Positions 63,801 to 64,000 of a DNA stretch of 64,000 nucleotides are shown here, in pieces (within the stretch, counting starts at the first letter, position 1; each line of letters begins with the position of its first letter). The stretch is from Raillietiella orientalis (Eukaryota). Made by a program: the position numbers and the translations under genes. The stretch covers positions 1,674,001-1,738,000 of the forward strand of contig JAYWIR010000001.1 in assembly GCA_036172245.1 (NCBI GenBank), read 5' to 3'. The notes below the pieces were generated by a model, which saw only the letters and a program-made list of their open reading frames with translations, made no database searches and was not told the origin of the DNA.

Positions 63801-64000
63801 AGAATGGCGGCGGACGGTGCTCCTGCGCGCTGCGACGACGACCGGCAAACGAGCGAGTCAACGACCCGTCTCCACGGCAACCGCGGATTCCTACGAGGCC
63901 GTCGCGCCTCAGGGGAGCCATCTCGATCCGCGCGCGTCTCGCCGCAAGGATCGCGGCAAAACTGCAGCAACCACCCACGCGCAGTCGGGGCGCTCCGGAT
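57880..64000 (+). mobile_element. Decayed CRE/SLACS-like non-LTR retrotransposon B (runs off the window)
   Basis: C2H2-spaced remnant C-LR-[F]-PTQY-AAAPG-F-VT-H at 58115-58165 with neighbouring finger-like remnants; SPGRSAARD (RT0-like, ~61950); PLLVP..PVPKDG...RP (RT1-2, 62125-62200); LADGR[fs]NALRRIASRA (RT3, ~62412-62456); *QGCP (RT4, 62602-62616); P*DSSTV (YxDD position, ~62711); GFRAL (RT7-like); ETRGRAG; RCSC (~63816). Confidence 0.7.

Noticed and set aside
1-64000. CRISPR array, rRNA or prokaryotic operon
   Set aside because: No regularly spaced repeats, rRNA-like segments or dense intact ORFs seen.

Overview
Eukaryotic, repeat-rich DNA (by eye about 55-60% GC, with homopolymer tracts and microsatellites); the organism cannot be named from this window. 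I find no intact protein-coding gene, and the many overlapping ORFs look like GC-rich noise. Supported content: (1) eight dispersed copies or fragments of a ~700-760 bp non-coding SINE-like element, whose head carries a tRNA T-arm/B-box, a second B-box-like motif and a motif resembling an HDV-type ribozyme core, followed by CUUCGG hairpin subrepeats and a shared 3' end; (2) three decayed same-strand CRE/SLACS-like (RLE-type non-LTR) retrotransposon remnants at 53.9-64 kb; (3) two near-perfect large inverted duplications (8490-9718/14688-15917 and 44953-45590/46550-47187) with the same inversion-plus-duplicated-breakpoint geometry, along with short templated insertions and perfect small hairpins, together suggesting recurrent template switching; (4) frameshifted remnants of protein kinase and SNF2/INO80-like genes; (5) an AT-rich island and simple repeats. 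All protein assignments are by-eye motif matches in degenerate sequence and need HMM confirmation.
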